Source of the DNA: Bacteriovoracaceae bacterium
GTDB taxonomy: Bacteria > Bdellovibrionota > Bacteriovoracia > Bacteriovoracales > Bacteriovoracaceae
Direction of reading: 5' to 3'
Assembly (NCBI GenBank): GCA_041586955.1
Contig: JBFGZE010000019.1
Location: 1-43,210, forward strand
DNA length: 43,210 nucleotides
This document shows positions 8,860 to 17,985 of the stretch, in pieces. The position numbers and the translations under genes were made by a program. The notes below the pieces were generated by a model. The model did no database searches. It was not told where the DNA came from and worked only from the letters and a program-made list of their open reading frames with translations. Position 1 is the stretch's first letter. Each line of letters opens with the position of its first letter.

Positions 8860-9960
8860 TTAATATTTATAGGCATTTTCAGGACTCACAGACTCTATGC
8901 CATGCAGACCAATATAAGTGAGGTTGCCACAGACATTGACTGCAATCATATTGCCAATCAGTTTGAGTCCGCCCGATGTATGGATAAAAGTAGGGCCTCC
9001 ACTATCGCCGTTACAGCCACCAGAATTATAATGATTAACCGTTTTTCCAACGACAAGGATCTCGGTGATATCGTCAATTGGGTTATCATTTAATTTATTT
9101 AATTGCAGATATTTTTTTCGACCAGAGTTATTAACTTTCGCTTGAGCTGCTTGGTATTGCTGTTGATAATACTCATACTTTACTTCATCGTCTTTTTTTC
9201 CTGTCTCTTGGTATAAGTTCCAGGCCTGGCGGCGGTTTTTACGGATAGCATTCAGATAGCGACGATCCATTTCCAGGCCAAAACCAGCAATGACAATCTT
9301 TGATTTTTTATTGACGGCATCAAGAACTTCGAAATTCGATAACATGGGAATAGGCTTGATACCTACGAGGGGAGTTTCTAATTTTAAGATCGCCCAATCG
9401 ATATGAGGGTTTAAAGCTGGGCGAATACCAAAGGCCAAAAAATTAATGCTGTTATCAACATAGGAGCGTGAGAGTTGAATTGTCGCAACTTTGATCGCGT
9501 TTATACTTTCCATCTTGCTTAGGGTACTCCCTTTATCGCCATTGCCAGTATAAACAGTTAAACTTCTTTTAACTGTTTCTGCATGAGCATTCATGGTCAG
9601 TTTTGCGGTCCTATAAAGTCTACCTTGAGTTAATTCTAGATTTCGATCAGCGTAGAGTTTTTTCATTCTATTGAGGAGAGTCTGGCGCTCCCGATCAGAG
9701 AGAGTAGGAAGGATACAATGGGCCGCTGTAAATACTGTATTCTGGTCAATAAGAGTTCCGGTGCAAGTCCTATTATCACTACGCGCTATACCAACGACAG
9801 CTTTTAGTAATTCGACAGGAGATTTACTATTATAAGTCCCACCGACAATGGATGTCTTTTTAACCTCAAGTGCTTTTTGCTTGGTTTGTTCAACTCCACA
9901 ATTGGTGAGCACTAGGGGGAGGGCACTGGTTAACACTACTTTTTTTATTAATTGATGCAT
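8860..9960 (-). CDS. S1 (chymotrypsin-fold) serine protease, probable lipoprotein
   Basis: Lipobox-like LTNC, activation motif IVGG, CTGTLI, TAAHC, DWAIL, GDSGGP. GGAG upstream of the ATG. Confidence 0.9.
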   Translation of the reverse strand: MHQLIKKVVLTSALPLVLTNCGVEQTKQKALEVKKTSIVGGTYNSKSPVELLKAVVGIARSDNRTCTGTLIDQNTVFTAAHCILPTLSDRERQTLLNRMKKLYADRNLELTQGRLYRTAKLTMNAHAETVKRSLTVYTGNGDKGSTLSKMESINAIKVATIQLSRSYVDNSINFLAFGIRPALNPHIDWAILKLETPLVGIKPIPMLSNFEVLDAVNKKSKIVIAGFGLEMDRRYLNAIRKNRRQAWNLYQETGKKDDEVKYEYYQQQYQAAQAKVNNSGRKKYLQLNKLNDNPIDDITEILVVGKTVNHYNSGGCNGDSGGPTFIHTSGGLKLIGNMIAVNVCGNLTYIGLHGIESVSPENAYKY

Positions 9961-10077
9961 AGATTCTCCATTAATCTTCGCTCAATGGCATTTTGCATTG
10001 AGGGTGGGTGACGCTATCACCATGCAGCATTCTTTGCCAAGCGACTTAAAAGATTTTCATAGCTTGCATCTAAGCGC

Positions 10078-10104
10078 TTAAATTTATAGACTTCCAGCCG
10101 ACTT
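10078..10104 (+). promoter_or_regulatory. Possible sigma28 (FliA)-type promoter
   Basis: TTAAATTT-N11-GCCGACTT versus consensus TAAAGTTT-N11-GCCGATAA, 37 nt before ATG 10142. Confidence 0.35.
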
Positions 10105-10141
10105 TAAATAATGACTTATTAGATGATCAGGAGAGGGCCTT

Positions 10142-10495
10142 ATGAAATATATTTGCTGTTGTTTATTTGTCCTCATTCTTATTCTTATTATGGCCTCGCC
10201 CCTTCAGGCCCGCGAAAAGGTCGTATGCTCTTTAATTTACGGACCGGGACTGATTCGCGAACTGCCAAAGGGCCTTAAAGATAAAACTCAGCATTGTACA
10301 ATTAGCTGCCAATTGGCCCATTATTGCCCGGCCCTGGATGTTCTTGCCGCCGGCGCCCTTAAAGAATTTTGGGATGGCCTGGGTTTTGGCACACCTGATT
10401 GGGATGATCTACGGGCGAATAAAGAGGGGGTCATCTATTCCCGATCTTATGAAAAGGATGAATGCTTGGCCGTTTGTGCTAATCATTATGAATAA
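10142..10495 (+). CDS. Small exported Cys-rich protein with YfiM-like motif
   Basis: Signal peptide ending LQA; DKTQH...LKEFWD..G.G...WDDL resembles the YfiM DKxQH/KExWD/WxDL pattern. Confidence 0.6.
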   Translation: MKYICCCLFVLILILIMASPLQAREKVVCSLIYGPGLIRELPKGLKDKTQHCTISCQLAHYCPALDVLAAGALKEFWDGLGFGTPDWDDLRANKEGVIYSRSYEKDECLAVCANHYE

Positions 10496-10521
10496 TGAGG
10501 CCTCATTGCTAAGGCCTCATT
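10494..10521. terminator. Inverted repeat between convergent genes (probable terminator)
   Basis: AATGAGGCCT-N8-AGGCCTCATT perfect 10-bp stem; no clear U-tract. Confidence 0.5.
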
Positions 10522-10531
10522 GGCTTGATTA

Positions 10532-10948
10532 TTAGGTTTTGACCTTGGCCCTAACCTTGGATTGCACTTTGGATTTGGATTTGGATTTGGATTTGGATTT
10601 GGATTTGACCTTGGACTTGGGTTTGGAATGTTCGGCGGCCAACTTTTTTTCAATTTCAGTAATACGTTTTTGAATTTTATTTTGACGAGTTTTGAGTATT
10701 GCGATTTTCTTTTTGAAATAGGCGATTTTATCTTTTTTACGCAAGGCCTTCATTTTTTTAAATTGTTTTCTTTTGGCAGACATTTTGACTTGTCGTCGCT
10801 TCTGGTGACAGGCCCTTTTCTGCTCCAAGCAAGTTTTTTTTTGCACCTTGTTGGTAATCTTTTGGCATTTGAATTTCTCAGGACAAACTGGATTGGCACT
10901 GGTTGAAAAGCTGATGCATAAAATGCTTAGGATCCAAAATAGTTTCAT
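10532..10948 (-). CDS. Exported, very basic small protein with (KS)n tail
   Basis: GGAGGAG upstream, signal peptide ending STSA, four Cys, Lys-rich coiled coil, KSKSKS tail. Confidence 0.75.
   Translation of the reverse strand: MKLFWILSILCISFSTSANPVCPEKFKCQKITNKVQKKTCLEQKRACHQKRRQVKMSAKRKQFKKMKALRKKDKIAYFKKKIAILKTRQNKIQKRITEIEKKLAAEHSKPKSKVKSKSKSKSKSKSKVQSKVRAKVKT
10568..10603. repeat. Hexanucleotide tandem repeat (TTTGGA)6
   Basis: Six perfect copies; encodes SK dipeptides on the minus strand. Confidence 0.95.
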
Positions 10949-11056
10949 TTCTCCTCCGAGGAAATCTTTTTTGTATTATAAAGGGCATTCGCATTTTTAC
11001 AGAGAAAAAAATATTGTCTAACTCCCCAAAAATAGGCTTAAATGACTCCCTTCGTT

Positions 11057-11085
11057 TAGACAAGGGACTGCCTATTGGATAGGAT
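11057..11085 (+). promoter_or_regulatory. Possible sigma70 promoter of the IOR operon
   Basis: TAGACA-N17-TAGGAT, 27 nt before GTG 11113; embedded in nested inverted repeats. Confidence 0.4.
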
Positions 11086-11112
11086 AAGTGCTCAAAACTA
11101 GGGGATATTTTC

Positions 11113-14100
11113 GTGACGACACAAATTCTTAATGGCAATGAATTGATTATTCAGGGTGGCCTTGAAGCAGGGTTTTCTCTGTACACTGGCTATCCAGGTT
11201 CACCTTTGGCAGATTATTTTAATATTCTCTATAAGCGACGCCAAGAATTTGAACAGAAAGGGATTCGGGTCGTGATTGCGAATTCTGAGGCCAATGCCGC
11301 TGCGATGGCCTCAGGTGCCAAGCAAGCAGGCCGAGATTGCTTAGTTGCAATGAAGTCGATGGGGCTGCATGTGGCAGCAGATGCACTATCTGTTGGAAAT
11401 TTTGCTAACCCTGGGGCGCCCTTTAAAGATCCGGAAACGGGCGAAGAAGTTATGCCTGGAGTAGTTGTCGCCGTAGGTGATGACCCTTGGTCTTTATCGA
11501 CTTCTACCGCCGCAGATTCTCGCTATTTATTTAAACACCTTCATATTCCCTTTTTAGAGCCATCCAACCCTCAAGAGCTTAAAGATTGGATGAAAAAGGC
11601 CCTACATATTTCCCGACGTACCAGCTTATATCAAGGTATTCTCTTGACGACTTATTTGGCCGAGGGCGGAGGACGAGTAGAGGTTGGTGAACCGCTTCCG
11701 GTCGATGGCCAAAAAAAGACCATGGATCCGAAAAGCTTTGATCTTGCTAAAAATGTCATGGTCCCTCCTAACTCCTTAATGGCCGATCATCGTTTAGTGA
11801 AAGAGCGGTTTCCGCTAGTTGAAAAAGTATTAAAAGATTTAAAACTGGATCAAATATTTGGTGATGAAAATTCACATATAGGGGTCATTTCTAGCGGTGT
11901 CATTTTTGAGACTGTGAAGCAGGTTATGGAAGAGGGGCAATATCTTGATTCTTTGTCCCTTTATAAAGTGGGCTGCTCTTACCCAATGGTTAAAGACCTG
12001 ATCTATCCTTACCTCAAACAATTAGACTCGCTGATTGTGATCGAAGAGAAGCGGGGGTTTTTGGAAAATGAATTACGTGCAAAAATACAGGAATGGGGTT
12101 TAAACCTTAAAGTATTGGGTAAAGAGTTTACTCAAAGCGGCCAGGAAACGGAAATAGGTTTTCCTGCAAGTGGTGGACTTAATTTTGAGATTATTCAGGA
12201 GCGTTTGGCGCGCGCTTTAACCTTGTTGGGAAAGAATCCCTGCCGTGACCTTCAATTTGAGGTGACCACTTTAACTGAGTCCTTACCCATGCGCCTACCG
12301 ACTTTTTGCCCCGGCTGTCCACATAGGGAAACATTAAGTTTACTTAAAGATTTACGGAGCGATTTAGAGAAGAAGGGGATTCAATTAATTTCACATGGGG
12401 ATGTCGGTTGTTATAGCCTCTCCTTTTTGCCACCATTCAAAGAGATGCATAACCTTTCGGCCATGGGCCAAGGTGGTGCCTTGGGGGCGGGGATGGATAT
12501 GTTTACCGACAATCCGTCCGTCGTTTTAATGGGAGATTCAACTTTTTTTCACTCGGGAATTACCGATATTTCAAACTCAGTCCAATCTGGCCATAATATT
12601 ACCTATATTCTTCTGGATAATGATAATACTGCTATGACTGGGCATCAAATGACTCCACGTACCGGGCTAAGTGTCGAAGGTAAGGTGAGACCCAAACAAG
12701 ATATCCTCCATGCCGTACGCGCCTTAGGGGTCGATGTTTGTGTCGAGGTCAATCCGAGCGATCGCTATTTTTATAAAAATCTTCTCGATGAGATGATGGT
12801 TAAAGACGGAACAAAAGTCATTATTTCTAATAAAGAATGTGGTCTGACTTTTCATGGACGCCGCAAATCAAAAGAGAGAAAGTTATTTGCCAAAGATGAG
12901 ACGATACCACTTCAAAAATTTTATCAGATTAATACTGATGCCTGTGAAGATTGCCGTGTTTGTGTAGAGAGTACAGGTTGTCCGGGGTTAACAAAAACCT
13001 TTGATGCTTATGGGTCTAAAGTTCAAATCGATCCCCAAATATGTGTTTCAGATAGTTATTGTACTAAGTTAAAGGCCTGTCCTAGTTTTGAATTAGTCGA
13101 AGTCTTGGAATACCACCCAACTAAATATACCAATAGTAATGAAATTATTTTTAACGAAGAGTCCTTAACGCTACCAAGTCCTGTCAAGTCATTTGATGAT
13201 TTGGCCAGAGGTCAGGATCTTCGTATTGTGGTTACAGGTGTTGGTGGTTCGGGCGTCACAACTATTTCTCGGGTATTGGCCGAGGCCAGTCGCGATATGA
13301 ACGGTCGAATGGATCTAGACTTTAAATTCGTAGATCAAAAAGGGCTGGCACAACGAAATGGAAATGTTACAGGTCACCTTTCAATTTTTAAGAAAGGTAA
13401 GTCCTACGGCGCTGTTACACCTCTTGGTACGGCAGACCTTTTGCTCTCTCCTGACTTATTGGATGCTGCTAATCAATTGGCCTTTTTAGGAAAGGATGGG
13501 GTTTGTCTAGCCGATAAAAAATTTCAAATACCGTTAAGTATTATGTTGGATTACGGTGAAGAAGGACCACCTCTTGATGAGCATCGATTGCGCCAATCTT
13601 TAAAAGACACCCTGAAAGATCGAGTCGCCCTTTATGCCATGAAGGATTTATGTCAAGAGGTTTTTGGTAAAGCAGTTTATGCTTCGGCGATGTGTCTTGG
13701 TGTCGCCTTTCAAAGTGGCCGTTTGCCTTTTTCTTTGAGCAATATGAAGTCGGCCTTTGAAAAGACGATGCGTAAGGAGGAGTTTGATAATAATTGGCAT
13801 GCTTTTACCTTGGGCCGTAAAGTTTATATTGAAGGTGATGAAGATTTTATCCATACCCTGGCCAAAGCGAATAAAGGGCCGAAGGTTATCGAGTTAATTA
13901 AAAGAAGTTTAGAAGACAGTTTTCTCCCTTGGCAGGCAAAGGGCTTTATCATGAAGGCCTTCGATCGCAATTTGGCAACGCTTGAAAAAACCTTTCCCAA
14001 GATTAAGAGAGATTATCTCGCCCGTTATTTACATGATATTTATCTTTATGATCGAGGTACGAACATCGAGGACTTTATTAAAGAGGCAAGAACTCTCACT

Positions 14101-14541
14101 CAATTGTATGAGGAACAACATTGGGAGGTTGCCTTAAGAACTTTGGCGCGAACTTATTGGGTGAAAGATGAGGTTTTTGTCGCTCATTTGATGGTCTCAC
14201 CCCTTAAAAAGTTTAAAGATCGTAAGGCCTATGGCCATCTTGGTCATCGTTTTTTTGTTTCCTACATTAATCGACCTAAATTTAGTTTTGGCAAATATAA
14301 GTTAGAGTTTGATTTAAGCCCCAAAGAATGGATGGTGAAGTCGATGCGTCATTTCCGCTTTTTACGTTTTGTTTTGGCCGGTTGGCATAGCAAAGAAAAG
14401 GACATTGCCGGTAATATTCGTCATTTGATTATGAACGAATATCACCGAGAGGATTCCGAACGCCATTATGAATTATTAAATGGGGTAGAAAATATTAAAG
14501 GTTATCGCGAAGTTCGCTACGAGAAGGCCGCCCGAATATGA
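11113..14541 (+). CDS. Fused indolepyruvate (2-oxoacid):ferredoxin oxidoreductase family protein (alpha + ferredoxin + beta in one chain)
   Basis: YTGYPGSP, VGDDP, PTFCPGCPH, GDVGCY, TPP motif GDSTFFHSG...DNDNTAMTGHQ, ferredoxin CEDCRVC...C...C, VTGVGGSGV..DQKGLAQRNG, C-terminal IKGYREVR. Confidence 0.9.
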   Translation: MTTQILNGNELIIQGGLEAGFSLYTGYPGSPLADYFNILYKRRQEFEQKGIRVVIANSEANAAAMASGAKQAGRDCLVAMKSMGLHVAADALSVGNFANPGAPFKDPETGEEVMPGVVVAVGDDPWSLSTSTAADSRYLFKHLHIPFLEPSNPQELKDWMKKALHISRRTSLYQGILLTTYLAEGGGRVEVGEPLPVDGQKKTMDPKSFDLAKNVMVPPNSLMADHRLVKERFPLVEKVLKDLKLDQIFGDENSHIGVISSGVIFETVKQVMEEGQYLDSLSLYKVGCSYPMVKDLIYPYLKQLDSLIVIEEKRGFLENELRAKIQEWGLNLKVLGKEFTQSGQETEIGFPASGGLNFEIIQERLARALTLLGKNPCRDLQFEVTTLTESLPMRLPTFCPGCPHRETLSLLKDLRSDLEKKGIQLISHGDVGCYSLSFLPPFKEMHNLSAMGQGGALGAGMDMFTDNPSVVLMGDSTFFHSGITDISNSVQSGHNITYILLDNDNTAMTGHQMTPRTGLSVEGKVRPKQDILHAVRALGVDVCVEVNPSDRYFYKNLLDEMMVKDGTKVIISNKECGLTFHGRRKSKERKLFAKDETIPLQKFYQINTDACEDCRVCVESTGCPGLTKTFDAYGSKVQIDPQICVSDSYCTKLKACPSFELVEVLEYHPTKYTNSNEIIFNEESLTLPSPVKSFDDLARGQDLRIVVTGVGGSGVTTISRVLAEASRDMNGRMDLDFKFVDQKGLAQRNGNVTGHLSIFKKGKSYGAVTPLGTADLLLSPDLLDAANQLAFLGKDGVCLADKKFQIPLSIMLDYGEEGPPLDEHRLRQSLKDTLKDRVALYAMKDLCQEVFGKAVYASAMCLGVAFQSGRLPFSLSNMKSAFEKTMRKEEFDNNWHAFTLGRKVYIEGDEDFIHTLAKANKGPKVIELIKRSLEDSFLPWQAKGFIMKAFDRNLATLEKTFPKIKRDYLARYLHDIYLYDRGTNIEDFIKEARTLTQLYEEQHWEVALRTLARTYWVKDEVFVAHLMVSPLKKFKDRKAYGHLGHRFFVSYINRPKFSFGKYKLEFDLSPKEWMVKSMRHFRFLRFVLAGWHSKEKDIAGNIRHLIMNEYHREDSERHYELLNGVENIKGYREVRYEKAARI

Positions 14542-16460
14542 TAAAAAAGTGGTCTCTTGTCCTGGTATTTTTTTTCTTTTTGCCAATTATGGGGCGCGCC
14601 GATATCGGAACCCTGTCCAATGCGATGGCGCAAGATTTGCGCTCGGCGCTTGATTGTGTCCCCGAAATAAATGGTGAGAAAATAAAGTTTTGTACAGGTC
14701 TCATTATTTCTCGCAAGACTTTTATTGAATTGGCCTCCCGTGATAAAACTCAATGCTTTAAAGAATTAAAAAAGAAGGGCTACCGCTTAGGTATTGGAGA
14801 AAAGGCGAAACAAGTGGCCGGAAATTCTGATTATCAATCCTTTAACTCGTCCACTAAAATGGCCTGGGTAGACTATCAACAAAAGTGGGTTCTCTTTAAA
14901 AAAGACGCTGGTCGGATTGATTGCTTTCATGAATACCTTCATCTATTGCAACACGAGGCTGTCGATCACCCTTTGGCCCCGCAAAAAAGAGCAGTTAAGG
15001 GAAGCAGTTTAGAGAAAGAATTATTGATCTTAAGTGATAAAGTGGCGTCTTTTGAAAAAGCTGGTGAGTTAGAGAAGGCCAAATTGATGGAGAAAAAAAT
15101 ACACCCATTCATCGATTTACTCAAAAATTGGCGAGGTATGGGACAATGGTTGGATGAAAAGGAGATCTATTGGGCGATTTATCGACTTTGTCCGGATCTT
15201 TTTTGCTCCATTAAAGATAAAGAAATTGCCTTGGCCAATTTATTGCGCCTAAGGACTTATCTTCCAAGTAGTGCCAAAAATTATGTCATTCAAGAGACAA
15301 AGGCCATCTTAGGTCAAATTAAAAAGGGCGTTTTTCAAACTGCTTTTACTCAATTGGAAAATTTACCCCTGGCAAAAACATCTTTAGAAGTTGATTTTGG
15401 TCAGCGGTTTAAAGTTCTTTGCCCACAGTCCAAAAAATTAATGGTAATGATTCCAATAGAAGTTAAATCACAGTGGCAAAAACTCCAAATGGGCCGTAAA
15501 TTAAAGGCCGCAATGACATGGGGACTTTGTCAGGATATTCCAAAAGGTTTAGAGAAGGCCAAATCTTGGTCTGGTAGGGGAGTTAAAGACCGACAAGTCA
15601 TTTGGCAGTCGCTTTCTCCCTTATTATTGGGCAAATTGATTCTAAAGCACATACCGTCTATTATTAATTTCGATCAAGAAGGGAGTCTACAGTTTTTAGG
15701 GCAAATGGATTTTGGTGTTTACCCTATTTTAGGTCCCTCAAAATACGAACATAGATTTTCTTTAATGATGAAGAATGGTCATTACGGAATCAGTAATACA
15801 AAAGAAAATCATTTCTATATTATTGATACTGGGGCGATGGATAATTATTGGCCGGAGAGTTTAGTTTTTAATACTAACGAATTTAGAGTTCTCGACTTAA
15901 AGATTATTAGTGGTGTTCATAACAAATCAACTTCTGCCTATTTATTGGAGAAAAATAAACTCCATTTGCAGGGGCAAGATATCTCTCCTATACGTGGGCT
16001 TTATGGTCATCGGCTCTTGGCCTTAAAGGGAGCAGGTGTTCTTGGCATGGCCTTTTTAAGCCGTCATAATATGAGCTGGAAAATAAAAGGTCGCCAATTA
16101 TTATTGACTAAAAATGCAACTCTCAAGGGGAGGGTTTTTCCCTTAGTTCGAGAGTTTTCCGATCGAATTCAAAGCTTAGAATTTGAATGTCAGGGTATAC
16201 GTTTACGTATTGACAGTGGGTCCCAAGTTTACGGGGATATTTATTATAAAAATATGCCGGCGGGAATTGATAATAATTTAGAAAGAACTTTAAAAAACTG
16301 CGGTTTACCCTTTAATCAAAAAGAATTGATCACACATAAGAAGTTCTCTCCTCTTTTTGATAATAATGTTGCGATTAACTTGGGCATCCCTTGGCTGCAA
16401 AAAATAAAAACGTTAACAATTGATCGAGATCTTGGAAAAATTGGCCTGGAGGCACAATGA
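14538..16460 (+). CDS. Exported protein with an HExxH motif and two retropepsin-like aspartyl protease repeats
   Basis: Signal peptide; FHEYLH; IIDTGA...GVLGMAFL and RIDSGS...INLGIPWL. ATGA overlaps on both sides. Confidence 0.6.
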   Translation: MIKKWSLVLVFFFFLPIMGRADIGTLSNAMAQDLRSALDCVPEINGEKIKFCTGLIISRKTFIELASRDKTQCFKELKKKGYRLGIGEKAKQVAGNSDYQSFNSSTKMAWVDYQQKWVLFKKDAGRIDCFHEYLHLLQHEAVDHPLAPQKRAVKGSSLEKELLILSDKVASFEKAGELEKAKLMEKKIHPFIDLLKNWRGMGQWLDEKEIYWAIYRLCPDLFCSIKDKEIALANLLRLRTYLPSSAKNYVIQETKAILGQIKKGVFQTAFTQLENLPLAKTSLEVDFGQRFKVLCPQSKKLMVMIPIEVKSQWQKLQMGRKLKAAMTWGLCQDIPKGLEKAKSWSGRGVKDRQVIWQSLSPLLLGKLILKHIPSIINFDQEGSLQFLGQMDFGVYPILGPSKYEHRFSLMMKNGHYGISNTKENHFYIIDTGAMDNYWPESLVFNTNEFRVLDLKIISGVHNKSTSAYLLEKNKLHLQGQDISPIRGLYGHRLLALKGAGVLGMAFLSRHNMSWKIKGRQLLLTKNATLKGRVFPLVREFSDRIQSLEFECQGIRLRIDSGSQVYGDIYYKNMPAGIDNNLERTLKNCGLPFNQKELITHKKFSPLFDNNVAINLGIPWLQKIKTLTIDRDLGKIGLEAQ

Positions 16461-17797
16461 TTAATACTGCCTCGGCCATTTTTATGGTCGATGATAAAAT
16501 ATTTTTAATCAGAAGACAGAATTACCTGCGCGCCTTTCCTGGTTATTCCTCGTTCCCTGGGGGCAAAGTCGATCGGACAGATGGGCATGATACGATCGGT
16601 GGGAAGTTTTTATCTCAATTTCCAGGTCATCTCATGAACGCTTTAGTACGTGAAATGAATGAAGAATTGGATATTGATTTATTGGAACTCGAAGAAAAAC
16701 AAGAAATAATAGGGATGTCTCTTTTAGGAATTGCGATTACGCCTGAGTTTAATCCTTACCGCTATAAGGCCTATTTTTATTTAATCCGTTTGAAAAATAA
16801 ACCTAATCTAACAGTTGACGAAAATGAAGCGGCCTGGTGGGGCTGGCGGACCGCCAATGATTTTCTTAAGAAATATAACCAGGCCAAAATTTTAGCGGTA
16901 CCTCCGACTGTTACCCTGATTAAGGCCTTAGCATGTGGTGATTATGGAAATCGTCTATTGGATTTGACCCTACCCCATGATGAAGAAGAAGAAGTTCCGA
17001 TGATAGAGTCACTCTGTGGCGTTCGCCAATTCCTTCCTCTTTCTCATACTTTTCCCCCTGCCAATCGAACCAATTGTTTTCTGATTGGTGATGAAGGAGA
17101 AGAGTTACTGATCGACCCATCACCACAAGACCAACGGGAATATGATAAGCTTTTACGGAGTTTAAAACCATTTTCTATTAAGGCCATTTTTCTGACTCAT
17201 CATCATCCCGATCATCATGAGAGAGCACCTCAAATGGCCAAAGAGCTGCAAGTTCCTATCATTCTAGGAGAAATCACACATCAATTGATTATTGATCGCT
17301 GGGGCGTCAATTATTTCGATGGAATAGAAATTCAATATACAAGAGATGGTGAAGTCCTGACTCATAGTTTAGGGCAAGAAGTTGATGTCTTTGCGGTACC
17401 TGGCCATGATAAAGGTCAATTGGCCTTGGCCCCTCGCAATCGTCATTGGTTTTTAGCTGGCGACCTCATTCAAACTATTGGAACGGTCGTCATTGGTGCA
17501 CCCGAGGGCCATATGGGTGATTATTTTAAATCGCTAAAGATGGTAATGGACTTAAAACCTAAATTTGTCATCCCGTCTCATGGTATCATTGTCGGTGGTA
17601 TCCATAAGGTAGAAAAGACTCTCAAGCATCGGAAAATGCGTGAGAAAAAAATCTTAGAATTAGTAAAAGAGGGAATGGATGATGATGGGATTTTACAGAC
17701 GATCTATTCAAAAATACCGTCCAGACTTCACAGCTATGCTTTAAAAACGATTCAGGCCCATAAACAAAAATTAAGGGAGGAAAACCTTATTCCCTAA
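16457..17797 (+). CDS. NUDIX hydrolase / metallo-beta-lactamase-fold fusion
   Basis: FPGGKVD...ALVREMNEE (split Nudix box); THHHPDH, PGH, AGD, PSHG motifs of LACTB2-like MBL proteins; short C-terminal helical domain. Confidence 0.9.
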   Translation: MINTASAIFMVDDKIFLIRRQNYLRAFPGYSSFPGGKVDRTDGHDTIGGKFLSQFPGHLMNALVREMNEELDIDLLELEEKQEIIGMSLLGIAITPEFNPYRYKAYFYLIRLKNKPNLTVDENEAAWWGWRTANDFLKKYNQAKILAVPPTVTLIKALACGDYGNRLLDLTLPHDEEEEVPMIESLCGVRQFLPLSHTFPPANRTNCFLIGDEGEELLIDPSPQDQREYDKLLRSLKPFSIKAIFLTHHHPDHHERAPQMAKELQVPIILGEITHQLIIDRWGVNYFDGIEIQYTRDGEVLTHSLGQEVDVFAVPGHDKGQLALAPRNRHWFLAGDLIQTIGTVVIGAPEGHMGDYFKSLKMVMDLKPKFVIPSHGIIVGGIHKVEKTLKHRKMREKKILELVKEGMDDDGILQTIYSKIPSRLHSYALKTIQAHKQKLREENLIP

Positions 17798-17934
17798 ATA
17801 TCTCATTTTACCTAAAAATGGGGCAGTCTAATGACCTTTTAGTAATCTCTAATTCATTGAATATATAGAGTTTTTCTAAAAGAGAAGGCCTTTTTTTATC
17901 ATTCTAATTATAATGATGTTTCGAACTGTTTTAC

Positions 17935-17962
17935 TCAAGTTAATGCCCCGATCTTCCGATGC
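17935..17962 (+). promoter_or_regulatory. Possible sigma28 (FliA)-type promoter
   Basis: TCAAGTTA-N12-TCCGATGC. It overlaps the ORF-track ATG at 17959, which favours a downstream start. Confidence 0.4.
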
Positions 17963-17985
17963 GAGAGGCAGAGGTATTTGAGAGA

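Noticed and set aside
10007..10021. GGTGATAGCGTCACC as a fluoride riboswitch
   Set aside because: Only the first stem is similar; no downstream pseudoknot partner seen, and the downstream gene is a protease.
10021..10041. Minus-strand TGGCAAAGAATGCTGCA as a sigma54 promoter
   Set aside because: Spacing is GG-N11-GC rather than the required GG-N10-GC.
10562..10906. Plus-strand ORF with FGFGFG repeats
   Set aside because: Antisense shadow of the KS repeat; the minus-strand ORF has the SD and signal peptide.
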